A stretch of 60,040 nucleotides of DNA, taken from the NCBI GenBank assembly GCA_038248985.1, contig JBBRWV010000004.1:1-60040 (forward strand), given 5' to 3'. Positions 9,264 to 19,172 of the stretch are shown here, piece by piece. Under the pieces are notes generated by a model that was not told the origin of the DNA, searched no databases, and worked only from the letters and a program-made list of their open reading frames with translations. Every line of letters begins with the position of its first letter. Positions within the stretch are counted from its first letter, which is position 1. This DNA comes from Phycisphaerae bacterium. GTDB lineage: Bacteria; Planctomycetota; Phycisphaerae; WQYP01. A program made the position numbers and the translations under genes.

Positions 9264-9924
9264 AGAATCGCTTACCCACAAAAAGCAGAGGGCATCGCTC
9301 ATCATTAACGAGCTCAAGAAGCTCTATCCCCATGCCCATTGTGCCCTCCATCACCGCAATCCTTACGAGCTTCTGGTCGCCACGATCCTCTCGGCGCAAT
9401 GCACCGACGTTCGCGTGAATCTCGTCACTCCGAATCTTTTCGCGGAGTTCCCCACTCCCGCGGCGATGGCCGGGGTGCCCGTCGAGAAGATCGAAACTCT
9501 GATTGCGTCCACCGGATTCTTTCGCAACAAGGCCAAATCTCTCAAGGAATCCGCCGCCGATATTGTCAGCAAGCACCACGGAGAGGTCCCGCAATCCATG
9601 GAGGCGCTCACCGCACTGCGTGGGGTGGGTCGCAAGACGGCCAACGTTGTGCTCGGTAACGCCTTTCAACAGAACGTCGGGATTGTCGTTGATACGCACG
9701 TGTCGCGGCTCAGCGAGCGCCTCCATCTCACGCGCCATGCCGATCCCGTCAAAATCGAAAAGGATCTTATCCAGCTCGTACCCCAGAACGAATGGACCCT
9801 TTTTTCTCACTGGCTCATTTTTCACGGTCGCCAAATCTGCGTCGCCCGTAAGCCGCGCTGCACTCAATGCTCGCTGCTGAAGCATTGCCCCTTGGGGAAA
9901 AAGCTGATCGCCACCAGTTCCTGA
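9256..9924 (+). CDS. nth: endonuclease III (DNA glycosylase/AP lyase)
   Basis: HhH-GPD block LTALRGVGRKTANVVLGNAF and the FeS motif CVARKPRCTQCSLLKHC (C-x6-C-x2-C-x5-C). ATG at 9256 overlaps the upstream gene's stop by 8 nt. Confidence 0.92.
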   Translation: MIKESLTHKKQRASLIINELKKLYPHAHCALHHRNPYELLVATILSAQCTDVRVNLVTPNLFAEFPTPAAMAGVPVEKIETLIASTGFFRNKAKSLKESAADIVSKHHGEVPQSMEALTALRGVGRKTANVVLGNAFQQNVGIVVDTHVSRLSERLHLTRHADPVKIEKDLIQLVPQNEWTLFSHWLIFHGRQICVARKPRCTQCSLLKHCPLGKKLIATSS

Positions 9925-9961
9925 CCATGCAAGGAAACTTCTTGCGAGTAAGATTCACCCT

Positions 9962-11164
9962 ATGCTCGATTGGCTCCGACAACGCAAACGCATGACCGGT
10001 GGACTCCACTTCGGCCCCCCCGGCTGGTCTCCCCATGAGATCGAGAACCACTCCATCCCGCCCGCGTCTCCCACTGCGGAGCGCCCCATCCCGCCGGTCG
10101 CCTCCGCGAACGACACCCGCGACTGCAAGGCCTTTCTGGAACTCCTGACCCGTGCCGGCATCACTCGCACCAGTACCATCATCCCCTCCATTTCTGAGCA
10201 AATCGCCGACCTCTCTGATCGCCGCATCCGTTCCCTCGTGCTCAATCTCCTTCCCACCCAGCCCGATTTCGCTCTGCCTGCGGCCCTTTCCATCGCTGCT
10301 TTTGACGAACTTCGCGAAGGCATCACCGCGCTGCAGAACTTCATTCGGGCACGCCGCCTCACGCTGGTGATTGATCGCCAAGATCATATTACCGCGCGCC
10401 GCTGGAAAAAAGCCAGGGCCGATTCACTGGTCAATTTCGAAATCATTTCGCTGCTCAACCGCTATCCCCAGTCTCACCACACGGTGCTCCTGCGCACTCT
10501 CTTTGGGAAAAAGCTTCTCCCCTCCGAGCTTCCGACACGAGCCAACCGCTTCGTCGTCGATCCCGTGGCCTGCTGGGCACTCGGACGTTTCCTGCGCACA
10601 TCCCAGCCCCTCAGTCACCGCCCCGTGCAGATTTTCATCTGTGAATCCCCCCGGCGCACCGTGGCACCCCGTGTCGTCATGGCCCGCCTTGGTGAGCCCG
10701 TCACCGATCTCCTGCGCCGTCTCGGTGTCACCGTCGCCAACCGACAGATCATTCTCAATGGCATGCTCACCGGCCACGAAGCGTTGCCTGATGCCGCCAT
10801 CGCCTCAGATACGGAAAGCATCGCCGTTCGACTTCTCCCGCTCGAAGAGCTTGCTTCGCCATGCATTGCCTGCGGTTGGTGCGTCGACGTATGCCCCACG
10901 CAGCTTAACCCCGTCGGGCTCTTCGATCTGGCCCGCACGGCACAGGGCAAACGGGGCAGTGGCGTCGTTACCACTATCACTCCCACCGACGGAGAAAGCC
11001 TGGGCTGCATCGGCTGCGGTCTTTGCAGCTATGTATGCCCGACGCGCTTGCCGCTCATGCAGGAGCTGCTTGATCTGCGCGCTCAGGCCGAGATCGCGCA
11101 ATCTCTGGTCACCAAAGTCAATCCTGGCCTGACAGAGGATACCCTCGGGGAGGATGCGCCATGA
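9962..11164 (+). CDS. RnfC-like iron-sulfur protein with a degenerate nucleotide/flavin site
   Basis: Two ferredoxin-type motifs, CIACGWCVDVCP and CIGCGLCSYVCP. The central region is collinear with RnfC (NRYPQSHHTVLLRTLFGKK..P..LP). The RnfC GGAGFPT and NGAECEP positions read RTSTIIPS and LNLLPTQPDF. Confidence 0.6.
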   Translation: MLDWLRQRKRMTGGLHFGPPGWSPHEIENHSIPPASPTAERPIPPVASANDTRDCKAFLELLTRAGITRTSTIIPSISEQIADLSDRRIRSLVLNLLPTQPDFALPAALSIAAFDELREGITALQNFIRARRLTLVIDRQDHITARRWKKARADSLVNFEIISLLNRYPQSHHTVLLRTLFGKKLLPSELPTRANRFVVDPVACWALGRFLRTSQPLSHRPVQIFICESPRRTVAPRVVMARLGEPVTDLLRRLGVTVANRQIILNGMLTGHEALPDAAIASDTESIAVRLLPLEELASPCIACGWCVDVCPTQLNPVGLFDLARTAQGKRGSGVVTTITPTDGESLGCIGCGLCSYVCPTRLPLMQELLDLRAQAEIAQSLVTKVNPGLTEDTLGEDAP

Positions 11165-12396
11165 CCACCGCCACTACTGCATTTTCTGGCGTTGAAAAAC
11201 ATGCCCCCGCGCGAGCGCCCTTCCTCGTCTGGCCGGTGGCACGCCGCGAGTTCTACACCTCGATCTGCGTCGCACTCCTGCCGGCTCTCAGCTGGGGCAT
11301 TGTCGTTTTTGGATGGCGTGTTCTGGCGGTCCTCATCGTCGCGCTGGCGGGCGCAACGTTGGAGCATTTCATTCTTTTCCGCTTCACCCGCCGCGGCAAA
11401 TGTCTGGTATATGCCCAAACTGCGCTGGGCGTCCTACTGCTCGTGGCCCTCATGCACCCCCTATGGCCCGGCTGGATTGTTGCCGTTAGCAGTTGCCTGA
11501 TTCCACTCGGCTGCTGGATCATGGGCGGACCCGGCCGCGAATATCTTCACCCGTCGGCGCTGCTTGCCATTTTTCTGACGGCGCTCGTACCGCTCATCAT
11601 CGCTCCGGCACTTCAGCGTGAATTGCCGGATGCTGTCCTTGCCCGCGACCGTCTATTTATGGGCGACATCCGTTCCAACATCGATGTCGGGGCTGCACGG
11701 TGGCTCCGTGCCCGCGATCTCGACGGCAATGATGCGATGCGCGCGCCCCGCCCAGATGCCTCCACTCGCGATCTTTTTGCCGATATGTCGGCCCTTCTCA
11801 CCCAGGCTCCCATGACCGGCCAGGGCGGCAACGCTCCCGCCATCCAGTCACGCGAGTTCCTGCGTCAAATGCTCGACGACTCTCTCATCCGCAAGCTCCC
11901 CTCCTTCGACCTCTTCCTTCTCGGGGTTCGCCCAGGACCCGTCGGCACAGTCGGAATCCTGGGCATCCTCTTCGGCGGCCTCTACCTCGCGTACCGTCAT
12001 ATCCTTCGTTTCCGCTCGGCGGCGGCGTTCCTTGTCTGGTTCTCCCTTGCGCAGCTTTTCACGATTCTGTCGTTTGCCGCGCTGCGCCATCTGGGCCTTT
12101 GGGGAGCCGCTTCGGTGCTCTCCGAATTCGGCGGGGACCTCTTTATCCTCTGGATTTACAGCACCCTGAGTTCCGACATGCTCTTCGCTGCGGTTTTCAT
12201 TTTGGCCCTCCCCGGCACTGAACCGCTCACTCCCGGTGGGCGCCGCTGGTTCCTCGTCGTTGCCGCCCTGCTGGCGGCCATCCTCCATCGCATCAACCTC
12301 CCGATCCTTCCGGCCACCACAGCGCTTCTGGTGTTCATGCCCTTCCGTCACCTTTTCGACCGCCTCTTTGCACACAGAAGCTGGCTCGCCCGCTGA
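11161..12396 (+). CDS. RnfD/NqrB-family polytopic membrane protein (divergent)
   Basis: ATGA overlap with the upstream gene. Collinear RnfD-like blocks: ALLPALSWGIVVFGWRVL, GGPGREYLHPSALLAIFL, LLGVRPGPVGTVGILGILFGGLYLAYRH, AAVFILALPGTEPLTPGGR. I see no obvious SGATPL-type flavinylation motif. Confidence 0.6.
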   Translation: MTTATTAFSGVEKHAPARAPFLVWPVARREFYTSICVALLPALSWGIVVFGWRVLAVLIVALAGATLEHFILFRFTRRGKCLVYAQTALGVLLLVALMHPLWPGWIVAVSSCLIPLGCWIMGGPGREYLHPSALLAIFLTALVPLIIAPALQRELPDAVLARDRLFMGDIRSNIDVGAARWLRARDLDGNDAMRAPRPDASTRDLFADMSALLTQAPMTGQGGNAPAIQSREFLRQMLDDSLIRKLPSFDLFLLGVRPGPVGTVGILGILFGGLYLAYRHILRFRSAAAFLVWFSLAQLFTILSFAALRHLGLWGAASVLSEFGGDLFILWIYSTLSSDMLFAAVFILALPGTEPLTPGGRRWFLVVAALLAAILHRINLPILPATTALLVFMPFRHLFDRLFAHRSWLAR

Positions 12397-12465
12397 TCGA
12401 TTTGCTTCTACAATTCTCTCGACACTGCTCTCCCGGCTGACTCGGACCACTCGCCAAGGAGCCTC

Positions 12466-13644
12466 ATGCAAATCGCCGCCGCCCTCAGCAGCATTGAGCC
12501 GCCCTCCCGCCTTGCCGAACACCTCGCCATGCAACTCGAATCACTGCACACGCACCCGGCGGATCTCATCACTCTCTTTGTGTCGCAACAGATCCAACCC
12601 AGCTTCTATGAAGTCATGGCCCACATCCGCACAGCCATGCGGCCCCGGCATCTGCTGGCCGTCACTGCCGAGTCCGTTATCGGCAACGATCAGGAACTCG
12701 AACGCATCCCCGCCGCGTCGGCACTCGTCATGCACCTGCCCGGTGTGGAGGTCGACACTTTTCACATTGCCGAAGACGAGTGGCCGGAAATGCTCAACGA
12801 CGATGACCGTCTGCGGCAGCGCATCGATCGCCCCAACCTGCGCGGCATCATTCTTCTGGCCGAACCGTACACCACGCCCATCGTCCAGTTCCTGGATGCG
12901 TGCGCCCGCATCCTTCCCCATGCCCCGGTCATCGGTGGGATGGCGTCCGGCATGACGCAGGCCGGCGAAGCTCGCCTGGCTGCCGATGATTTTGTCCACT
13001 CGACAGGGATTGTCGGTTGCACTTTCTCCGGCAACATTCAGATCGACACCATCATCTCGCAGGGGTGTCGCGCCATCGGTCCGGAGTTCACGGTCACCGC
13101 GTGCCATCGCAACGTCATCGAAGAACTCGACCACCAGCCTGCCTTCTCCACGTTCCAGCAGATGGTCGCCCTCCTGCCGCTGCACGACCAGAACCTCCTC
13201 AACAACTTTGGCCCGCCACAAATCGGGCGGAAAGTCACCGGCGTTACCGGCAGTCTCAATCGGGGCGATTTTCTCATTCGCGCAATCGTCGGGGTGCGCC
13301 GCGACCTCAACCAGATTCTCATCGGCGATGTACTCTCCGAAGGCGACATCGTCCGCTTCTATGTCCGTGATGCCCAAACTGCCGACGAAGAACTGCGACT
13401 CCTGCTCGAAGGCGAAACGCTCCTCGGGGCTGATCCTCTGGGCGCCATGCTCTTCAGCGGTACCAGCCGCGGAACGCGCCTATTCCCCCAGCCCAATCAC
13501 GACGTCTCCATCGCGCGCAATGTCCTCGGAAAAATCCCCATCGCCGGCTTCTTCGCCGCCGGTGAAATCGGTCCGGTCGGAGGAAGGTCCTTTATCCACG
13601 GCCACACCGCAGCGCTCGCCCTCTTTCGCAAAATCGAAGAGTAG
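12466..13644 (+). CDS. FIST (N+C) domain sensory protein
   Basis: 392 aa. The C-terminal block LFSGTSRGTRLFPQPNHDVSIARNVLGKIPIAGFFAAGEIGPVGGRSFIHGHTAALALF matches the FIST_C pattern. Confidence 0.75.
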   Translation: MQIAAALSSIEPPSRLAEHLAMQLESLHTHPADLITLFVSQQIQPSFYEVMAHIRTAMRPRHLLAVTAESVIGNDQELERIPAASALVMHLPGVEVDTFHIAEDEWPEMLNDDDRLRQRIDRPNLRGIILLAEPYTTPIVQFLDACARILPHAPVIGGMASGMTQAGEARLAADDFVHSTGIVGCTFSGNIQIDTIISQGCRAIGPEFTVTACHRNVIEELDHQPAFSTFQQMVALLPLHDQNLLNNFGPPQIGRKVTGVTGSLNRGDFLIRAIVGVRRDLNQILIGDVLSEGDIVRFYVRDAQTADEELRLLLEGETLLGADPLGAMLFSGTSRGTRLFPQPNHDVSIARNVLGKIPIAGFFAAGEIGPVGGRSFIHGHTAALALFRKIEE

Positions 13645-13681
13645 CCCCCCGATCACCCCCAGGCCCTTGCCCCCTGCATTC

Positions 13682-15643
13682 TCAATACGCGCTGGGTTCT
13701 TCCAAGTAGGTATACCCGCGCATTCCATCCTCGTAATATCGCATCAACTGCGTCGACTCTTCCAAGGTCAGCTTTTTCTCGCGCACGGCCGTCTCAATCT
13801 GCTTCCGCATCTTGCTGACCAACTCTTCATGATCGAACTGCACGTACCCCAGCACTTCTTTTACGGTATCCCCGCGCACGACCTCCTCGATGATCGTCTC
13901 CCCCTTCTCATCGATGGTCACATGCACGGCGTTCGTATCGCCCAGCAGGTTGTGCAGATCACCCAGGATTTCCTGGTAGGCCCCCACCAGGAAAGCGCCA
14001 ATGTAGTATTCTCGTCCATCGTATTCGTGCAGTTCCAGCGTCTTCTTCACGTCCCGCATGTCAATAAATGAATCAATTTTCCCGTCCGAATCGCAGGTGA
14101 TATCGGCCAACACCCCCCGGCGCGTCGGCTCTTCCTTCAAACGATGAATCGGCATCACCGGAAATAGCTGCTTGATGGCCCAACTGTCGGGCATGCTCTG
14201 AAACAACGAAAAATTGCAGAAATACGTATCTGACAACTGCGCCTCCAGCGATTCGAAATCATCCCCCACGTAATCCGCATCCTTGAGCAGCTTCAGAATC
14301 TTTCCGCAAATCCCCCAGAACAGCTTCTCCGTCAGTGAGCGCAACTCCAGCGACAAGTATCCCAGGTTGAAAAGATTCAATGCTTCATCGCGTTGCTGAA
14401 TCGCATCGTGATACATCTCCTGGAAATTCTTCTTTGTCACTTCCCGGTACGCATCGAAAAGATCCCGCACGGGTTGAGGGATTTCCTCCCCTGCCGCTGC
14501 CGCCGGTAGTTCCTTTGGGATATCGAAGAAATCAAACCCGCTCACCCCGAGCACGTTGAACACCAGGACCGAGTGGTACGCAACCAGCGCCCGCCCGCTC
14601 TCCGAAATAATCGTCGGATGCTTCACGCCGGCCTCATCGCACACGGTCTTGATCCGGAAGATCACGTCGGCGGCATATTCCTGCAGTGAATAATTAATAG
14701 AACTTTCAAAATTCGTTTGCGACCCGTCGTAGTCGACTCCCAGTCCGCCGCCCACATCTATGTACTTCATACCTGCGCCTGCCCGAGCCAGTTCCGCATA
14801 GATCCGCGCCGCTTCATTGAGCGCCGTCTTTACCGTGCGAATATTGGTGATCTGGCTGCCCAAGTGAAAGTGCAATAAATTCAAGCAATCTTCCATGCCC
14901 CGGGCCTTGAGATAATCGAGCGCCTTGAGCACCTCTGCGACAAACAAACCAAACTTGGAACGCACCCCGCCCGAGCTCTCCCACCGGCCGCTGCCCTTGG
15001 TCGCCAGCTTTACGCGCACCCCGATCATCGGCCGGATGCCGTGCTTCTCGGCATACTTCACGATCAATTCCAGCTCGGTGAATTTCTCCACCACCGGAAT
15101 CACTTTTTTGCCGATTTTCTGCGCCAGTATCACCGTTTCAATGAATTCATCATCCTTGAAACCGTTGCAGATGATCGGCGCATCCCCGTTGTTCATGAGC
15201 GCCAAAACGACAAGCAACTCCGGCTTTGACCCCGCCTCCAGCCCGAACCCGTAGGGCTTGCCGAAATCCACGATTTCTTCCACCACGTGCCGCTGCTGAT
15301 TCACTTTGATCGGATAGACGCACGAATAGCCGCCCTCGTACCCGTTGTCCGCAATTGCCTGTTTGAAGGCATCGTTCAAGTCCCCCACGCGATGCTTGAG
15401 AATATCCGTGAACCGCACCAGCACGGGCAGATTGATGCCGCGCAAGATCAACTCATCCACCAGCTTCTTCAAATCGATCGCCTGCTCCGGCCGCTTGGTC
15501 GGATGCACCACGACGTGCCCATCGCCGTTGATTCCAAAATAGCCCTTGCCCCAGTTGCTGATGTTGTACGTGTCTGCAGAATCCTGCACAGTCCACTGCT
15601 TCATGTCTTTCATCAATTCCATCTGTGTCATCGACCCCTGCAC
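13682..15643 (-). CDS. speA: biosynthetic arginine decarboxylase
   Basis: 653 aa. YNISNWGKGYFGINGDGHVVVHP, the PLP-fold block YPIKVNQQ and the C-terminal ITCDSDGKID are typical of SpeA. GTG at 15643 or ATG at 15631. Confidence 0.93.
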   Translation of the reverse strand: MQGSMTQMELMKDMKQWTVQDSADTYNISNWGKGYFGINGDGHVVVHPTKRPEQAIDLKKLVDELILRGINLPVLVRFTDILKHRVGDLNDAFKQAIADNGYEGGYSCVYPIKVNQQRHVVEEIVDFGKPYGFGLEAGSKPELLVVLALMNNGDAPIICNGFKDDEFIETVILAQKIGKKVIPVVEKFTELELIVKYAEKHGIRPMIGVRVKLATKGSGRWESSGGVRSKFGLFVAEVLKALDYLKARGMEDCLNLLHFHLGSQITNIRTVKTALNEAARIYAELARAGAGMKYIDVGGGLGVDYDGSQTNFESSINYSLQEYAADVIFRIKTVCDEAGVKHPTIISESGRALVAYHSVLVFNVLGVSGFDFFDIPKELPAAAAGEEIPQPVRDLFDAYREVTKKNFQEMYHDAIQQRDEALNLFNLGYLSLELRSLTEKLFWGICGKILKLLKDADYVGDDFESLEAQLSDTYFCNFSLFQSMPDSWAIKQLFPVMPIHRLKEEPTRRGVLADITCDSDGKIDSFIDMRDVKKTLELHEYDGREYYIGAFLVGAYQEILGDLHNLLGDTNAVHVTIDEKGETIIEEVVRGDTVKEVLGYVQFDHEELVSKMRKQIETAVREKKLTLEESTQLMRYYEDGMRGYTYLEEPSAY

Positions 15644-15819
15644 GAGTAAAACGCGTCGCGCCGCAAATTTCCACGCGAGACGAATATCATACGCGTTAAC
15701 CTTGAGGAAAACAGCGCAATTATCCGACTCTTTCCCCTGTCCCCCTTTACCTAATCTTCACATTCCGCATAACCGATAGCCACCACGGAGGCACTTTCAT
15801 CATCAAAGGGAGATTCCCC

Positions 15820-16221
15820 GTGCCTGCCAAACCCGCTGCGCAACCCCTCGCCAAGCCAGCCGAGGATCTCATCAGTGTCGATTACCTCTCTGGCGTCTGC
15901 ATCGTGACCCTCCTCACCCACGAGCTCAATTCCTCCACATCTGAAGAACTTTCCACGCAACTCCTCGCCCTCCTTAACAACGCTAAATCCTATAAATTCG
16001 TCCTCGACTTCGACTCCGTTCGCTACATGGAGTCCTCCTGCTTTGGCACGCTCGTCACTTTCCTCAAATGGCTCTCGCGCTTCGACGGCCAGGTCGTTCT
16101 CGCCAACGTCTCAGAAAACATCCGCTTCCTCTTTCACGTCACCGCGCTGGACAAGGTTTTTCCCATCCACCCCACCACCGAGTCCGCCCTCAACTTTCTG
16201 ACCCGCGGAGAACTGGGCTGA
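15820..16221 (+). CDS. STAS-domain anti-sigma-factor antagonist-like protein
   Basis: 133 aa, GTG start. LDFDSVRYMESSCFGTLV corresponds to the SpoIIAA-type LDLS.V.FMDSSGLG block with the phosphorylatable Ser retained. Confidence 0.75.
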   Translation: MPAKPAAQPLAKPAEDLISVDYLSGVCIVTLLTHELNSSTSEELSTQLLALLNNAKSYKFVLDFDSVRYMESSCFGTLVTFLKWLSRFDGQVVLANVSENIRFLFHVTALDKVFPIHPTTESALNFLTRGELG

Positions 16222-16337
16222 CCCGGCCAGGTGCCCAGCCGCTCGCACGGCAGCCCAAAAGCAGCCACCAACAGCTCTATCCTCCCCTATAATCCATCGC
16301 GTTGATTCTTCCGTTGCTCCTGCATGAGGCATCCCCC

Positions 16338-17093
16338 ATGTGCGGCCGCTATACACTCATCCGCCACGATACCATTGTTGGCATCTCCTTCAATCTCACT
16401 GTTCTGGCCAATCTGCGGCTCATCGCGCGCTACAACATCGCGCCGACACAGGAAATTCTTGCCTTCGCTAGGCGCCCGGAACTCACGCCCCAGCTCATGC
16501 GATGGGGCCTCGTACCCTCCTGGGCAACGGATCTCTCAATCGGCAACCGCATGATCAATGCCCGCGCTGAAACTTTGGCCCAGAAACCTGCCTTCAAAAA
16601 GGCCCTCGAAGCCCGCCGCTGCATCATCCCCGCCGACGGCTTCTACGAATGGCGAAAGAATCCCGATGGCTCCAAGACTCCTTTCTACATCCAGCTCAAA
16701 TCTCAGGCCCCGTTCGCCTTCGCCGGCCTCTACGAAAACTGGAACACTCCCGACGGCCAGCTCATCACCAGTTGCACCATCATCACCACCACGGCAAACG
16801 CCGTCATCCGCCCCATCCATGACCGCATGCCCGTCATACTCTCCGCATCGGCCGTGCCCCAATGGCTCAATCCTCAGCCCCAGAGTCCCGCCGATCTCTC
16901 GTGTGTGTTGATTCCGTACGACGCGGAGGAAATGACCGTCCACCCCGTCTCCCGCCGCGTCAACTCGGCTGCCGCCAACACCCCCGACCTCATCGAGCCC
17001 GTCCTTGAAACTGACTTCGTTACGTCACCGTCCATGACCAAATCCGCTGGCCGCACCAAGCCGCCCGACCCTCACCAAGGCTCACTCTTCTAG
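16338..17093 (+). CDS. SOS-response-associated peptidase (SRAP/YedK family, abasic-site crosslinking)
   Basis: MCGRYTLI start. The catalytic Cys2 requires the ATG at 16338 rather than the ORF-track start at 16302. YNIAPTQ, MRWGLVPSW, INARAET and IPADGFYEW blocks are present. Confidence 0.9.
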   Translation: MCGRYTLIRHDTIVGISFNLTVLANLRLIARYNIAPTQEILAFARRPELTPQLMRWGLVPSWATDLSIGNRMINARAETLAQKPAFKKALEARRCIIPADGFYEWRKNPDGSKTPFYIQLKSQAPFAFAGLYENWNTPDGQLITSCTIITTTANAVIRPIHDRMPVILSASAVPQWLNPQPQSPADLSCVLIPYDAEEMTVHPVSRRVNSAAANTPDLIEPVLETDFVTSPSMTKSAGRTKPPDPHQGSLF

Positions 17094-17141
17094 CGTGGCC
17101 CTGTGATATTCTGTCATGCCCCCCACTCGATCCGGGCCATG

Positions 17142-19025
17142 TCAGCGATAAAGCCGAACCTCAAATATCCGGGCATGGTCCAGCCCATGCGTGGCCAGAA
17201 CGGTGATCCGCAAAGCGGCAAATGGCTTGAGCACATCCAATGTATGACGGCGCAATCGCTGATAGTTGCCCGTGACCTGCAAAATATCCCGTCATTGTCC
17301 GTTAATCAGGACTGAAACGGCGTAATCGCGCACCGTTTCGGGTTGTGGTTGCCCCCAAAGTTGCTGGGCGTTGCAGCCATCCGATTGCGAAAGCGTCAGC
17401 TCGCAATGCAGGCCGGTATCAAAAATAATTTGCAATTGGCTCGCCGAAGTTGGGTTCATGAATTCCAGTTGTAGATGTGCCGGAAAGCCCGCTGCCGAAT
17501 CGGACATCCAACGATGGGCTGTCTGATTGTCATGAGCGCGTCCGACCGGAGCGCGCCGTTCGCCGTGGACACAACGCGTTTGCCCCGAGGTCACGCACGT
17601 CGCCGGCCCCAACGGCTGTTCAGATGACGCAGTAACTTTGGCGGTACGCGCAAGATCTTTTGCATCCTGATTAAGCTGCCCTACCAGATAACAATCGTCC
17701 CGCAGAAGTTGCTGTTGTAGCGCGTGAAGCGAATTTGGATCGGATGTAAGCGACGCCGGGGAAGTTTCTGGCTAATCGCGTATGCCGCGACCGTTCCAAC
17801 CCCCTGCCCAACCACCGCACAGGTGGCCATAACCCGCGTCGAGGCAAACGCAACGTGGGTTGCCGATATGTCGCGCCCCGCGAAAAGCAAATTGGGAACC
17901 GTGCTGCTGATGCACGACCGGAGAGGAATGTCATACACGCACGGAACGGGGTAAGGGGTATAGGGCGGAAGTTCGGGACGGTCCACACCCTCTGGTGGGT
18001 GGATGTCTATGGCCCAACCGCCATAGGCAATTGCATCGGGCTGGGGCAAGCCTGAAAGTACGCCCGACTCATGCAAAATATGTTGTCCAATGAACCGACG
18101 GCTTTCGCGCTTGCCCGGAATCCACCCGAACCAATCCAAAGCCCAGTTGGTGGCAAGTTCTTTATCCGGTCCGTTCTTAAAATAGTCCCAGATGTCTAGT
18201 GTGATGGCGAGGCATTCTTCCTGGATGGGGGCGTTGTCCTTAATTGTGTGGAGTTGTCCTCCCCACTCCGCCCACAAGTATCCGTATTCAAATCCCATAT
18301 TTGGGCCGCTGCCTTTGTAGGGGCGGAATTTGAAATCTTCTGGCTTGAACTTACGAACCCACGGCGAGGCGACGAAGGGAAGCGGCCGGTCATGTTTGCG
18401 GGCGGTAAAGAGAATCGTCGAACCCAGGGTTTTGTGATCAGGAACGGATTGGGCGTATTACTCACCGAAATCCGTCTGGCCTTCGCGACCATGACGGAAA
18501 GACGCGGAAGCTTCGGCGCCGAGGCGGCCGTCGCCAGTGCAATCGACGAAAATCGTCGCCGCAATACGAAAGCGATCTTCGGTGGACGAGCGATCGGCCA
18601 ACGCCGCTTATGATCGTATCGCCGCTCTTTTCAACCCCGACAACCGTGGTATTGAGCAGGAGCGTGATATTGGGCTCCGCACGAACTTTTTCATACAGGA
18701 TAAGGTCGAGCAAGGAAGCCGAACGCTGGGGGTTACGAACGGCCAGTTCCAGGCGGATTTCTTCCATGATTCCGCCTTCGCGCGTTTCCGTAAGCAGAGC
18801 GCGGTTGCGTCCCCGGCAGCCGTGTTGATCCGCCCCCACAATATGCATGCGGATTTCGGACGAGGCATTTCCGCCGAGAACTGGTCGATCCTGAATCAGA
18901 ACGACCGAAGCGCCGTTGCGCGCCGCCGCAATGGCGCACGGGACGCCGGCCGGGCCTCCGCCCGCAACGACGATATCGCAGGAGAGGAGCTGGAGAGTAA
19001 CGAGCGGCGTAAGGTCTTCGCGCAT
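17142..19025 (-). pseudogene. FAD-dependent oxidoreductase with a C-terminal discoidin-like domain, inactivated by 2 frameshifts and 2 nonsense codons
   Basis: The homologous reading runs through three frames. From 19025: [34 protein letters not shown], frameshift near 18600; then [34 protein letters not shown] at 18458-18460. Next YAQS..GFEYGYLWAEWGG..FAGRDISATHVAFASTRVMATCAVVGQGVG, frameshift near 17750-17770. Finally SDPNSLHALQQQLLRDDCYL..VSVLINGQ, TGA at 17292-17294, then RDILQVTGNYQRLRRH..ALRITVLATHGLDHARIFEVRLYR, stop at 17142. Confidence 0.8.
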
Positions 19026-19172
19026 GTGGAAACCTAGGGAGATGGGAGATGTTAATGAAGGATTGACTACGTTAGCCACTGAAAAAAACCACTGTCCAGC
19101 CGCTAATTCGCTTTGTCCTGAAAACGGCGTGCTACAATCACACGCGACCCCGCGCATTTTGGAGCCGAAGAG

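Noticed and set aside
17292-17294. In-frame TGA in the oxidoreductase as possible selenocysteine or programmed read-through
   Set aside because: The same gene also carries a TAA and two frameshifts. The expected residue at this position is Trp (TGG to TGA). No SECIS-like hairpin is obvious immediately downstream. Decay is the simpler explanation.
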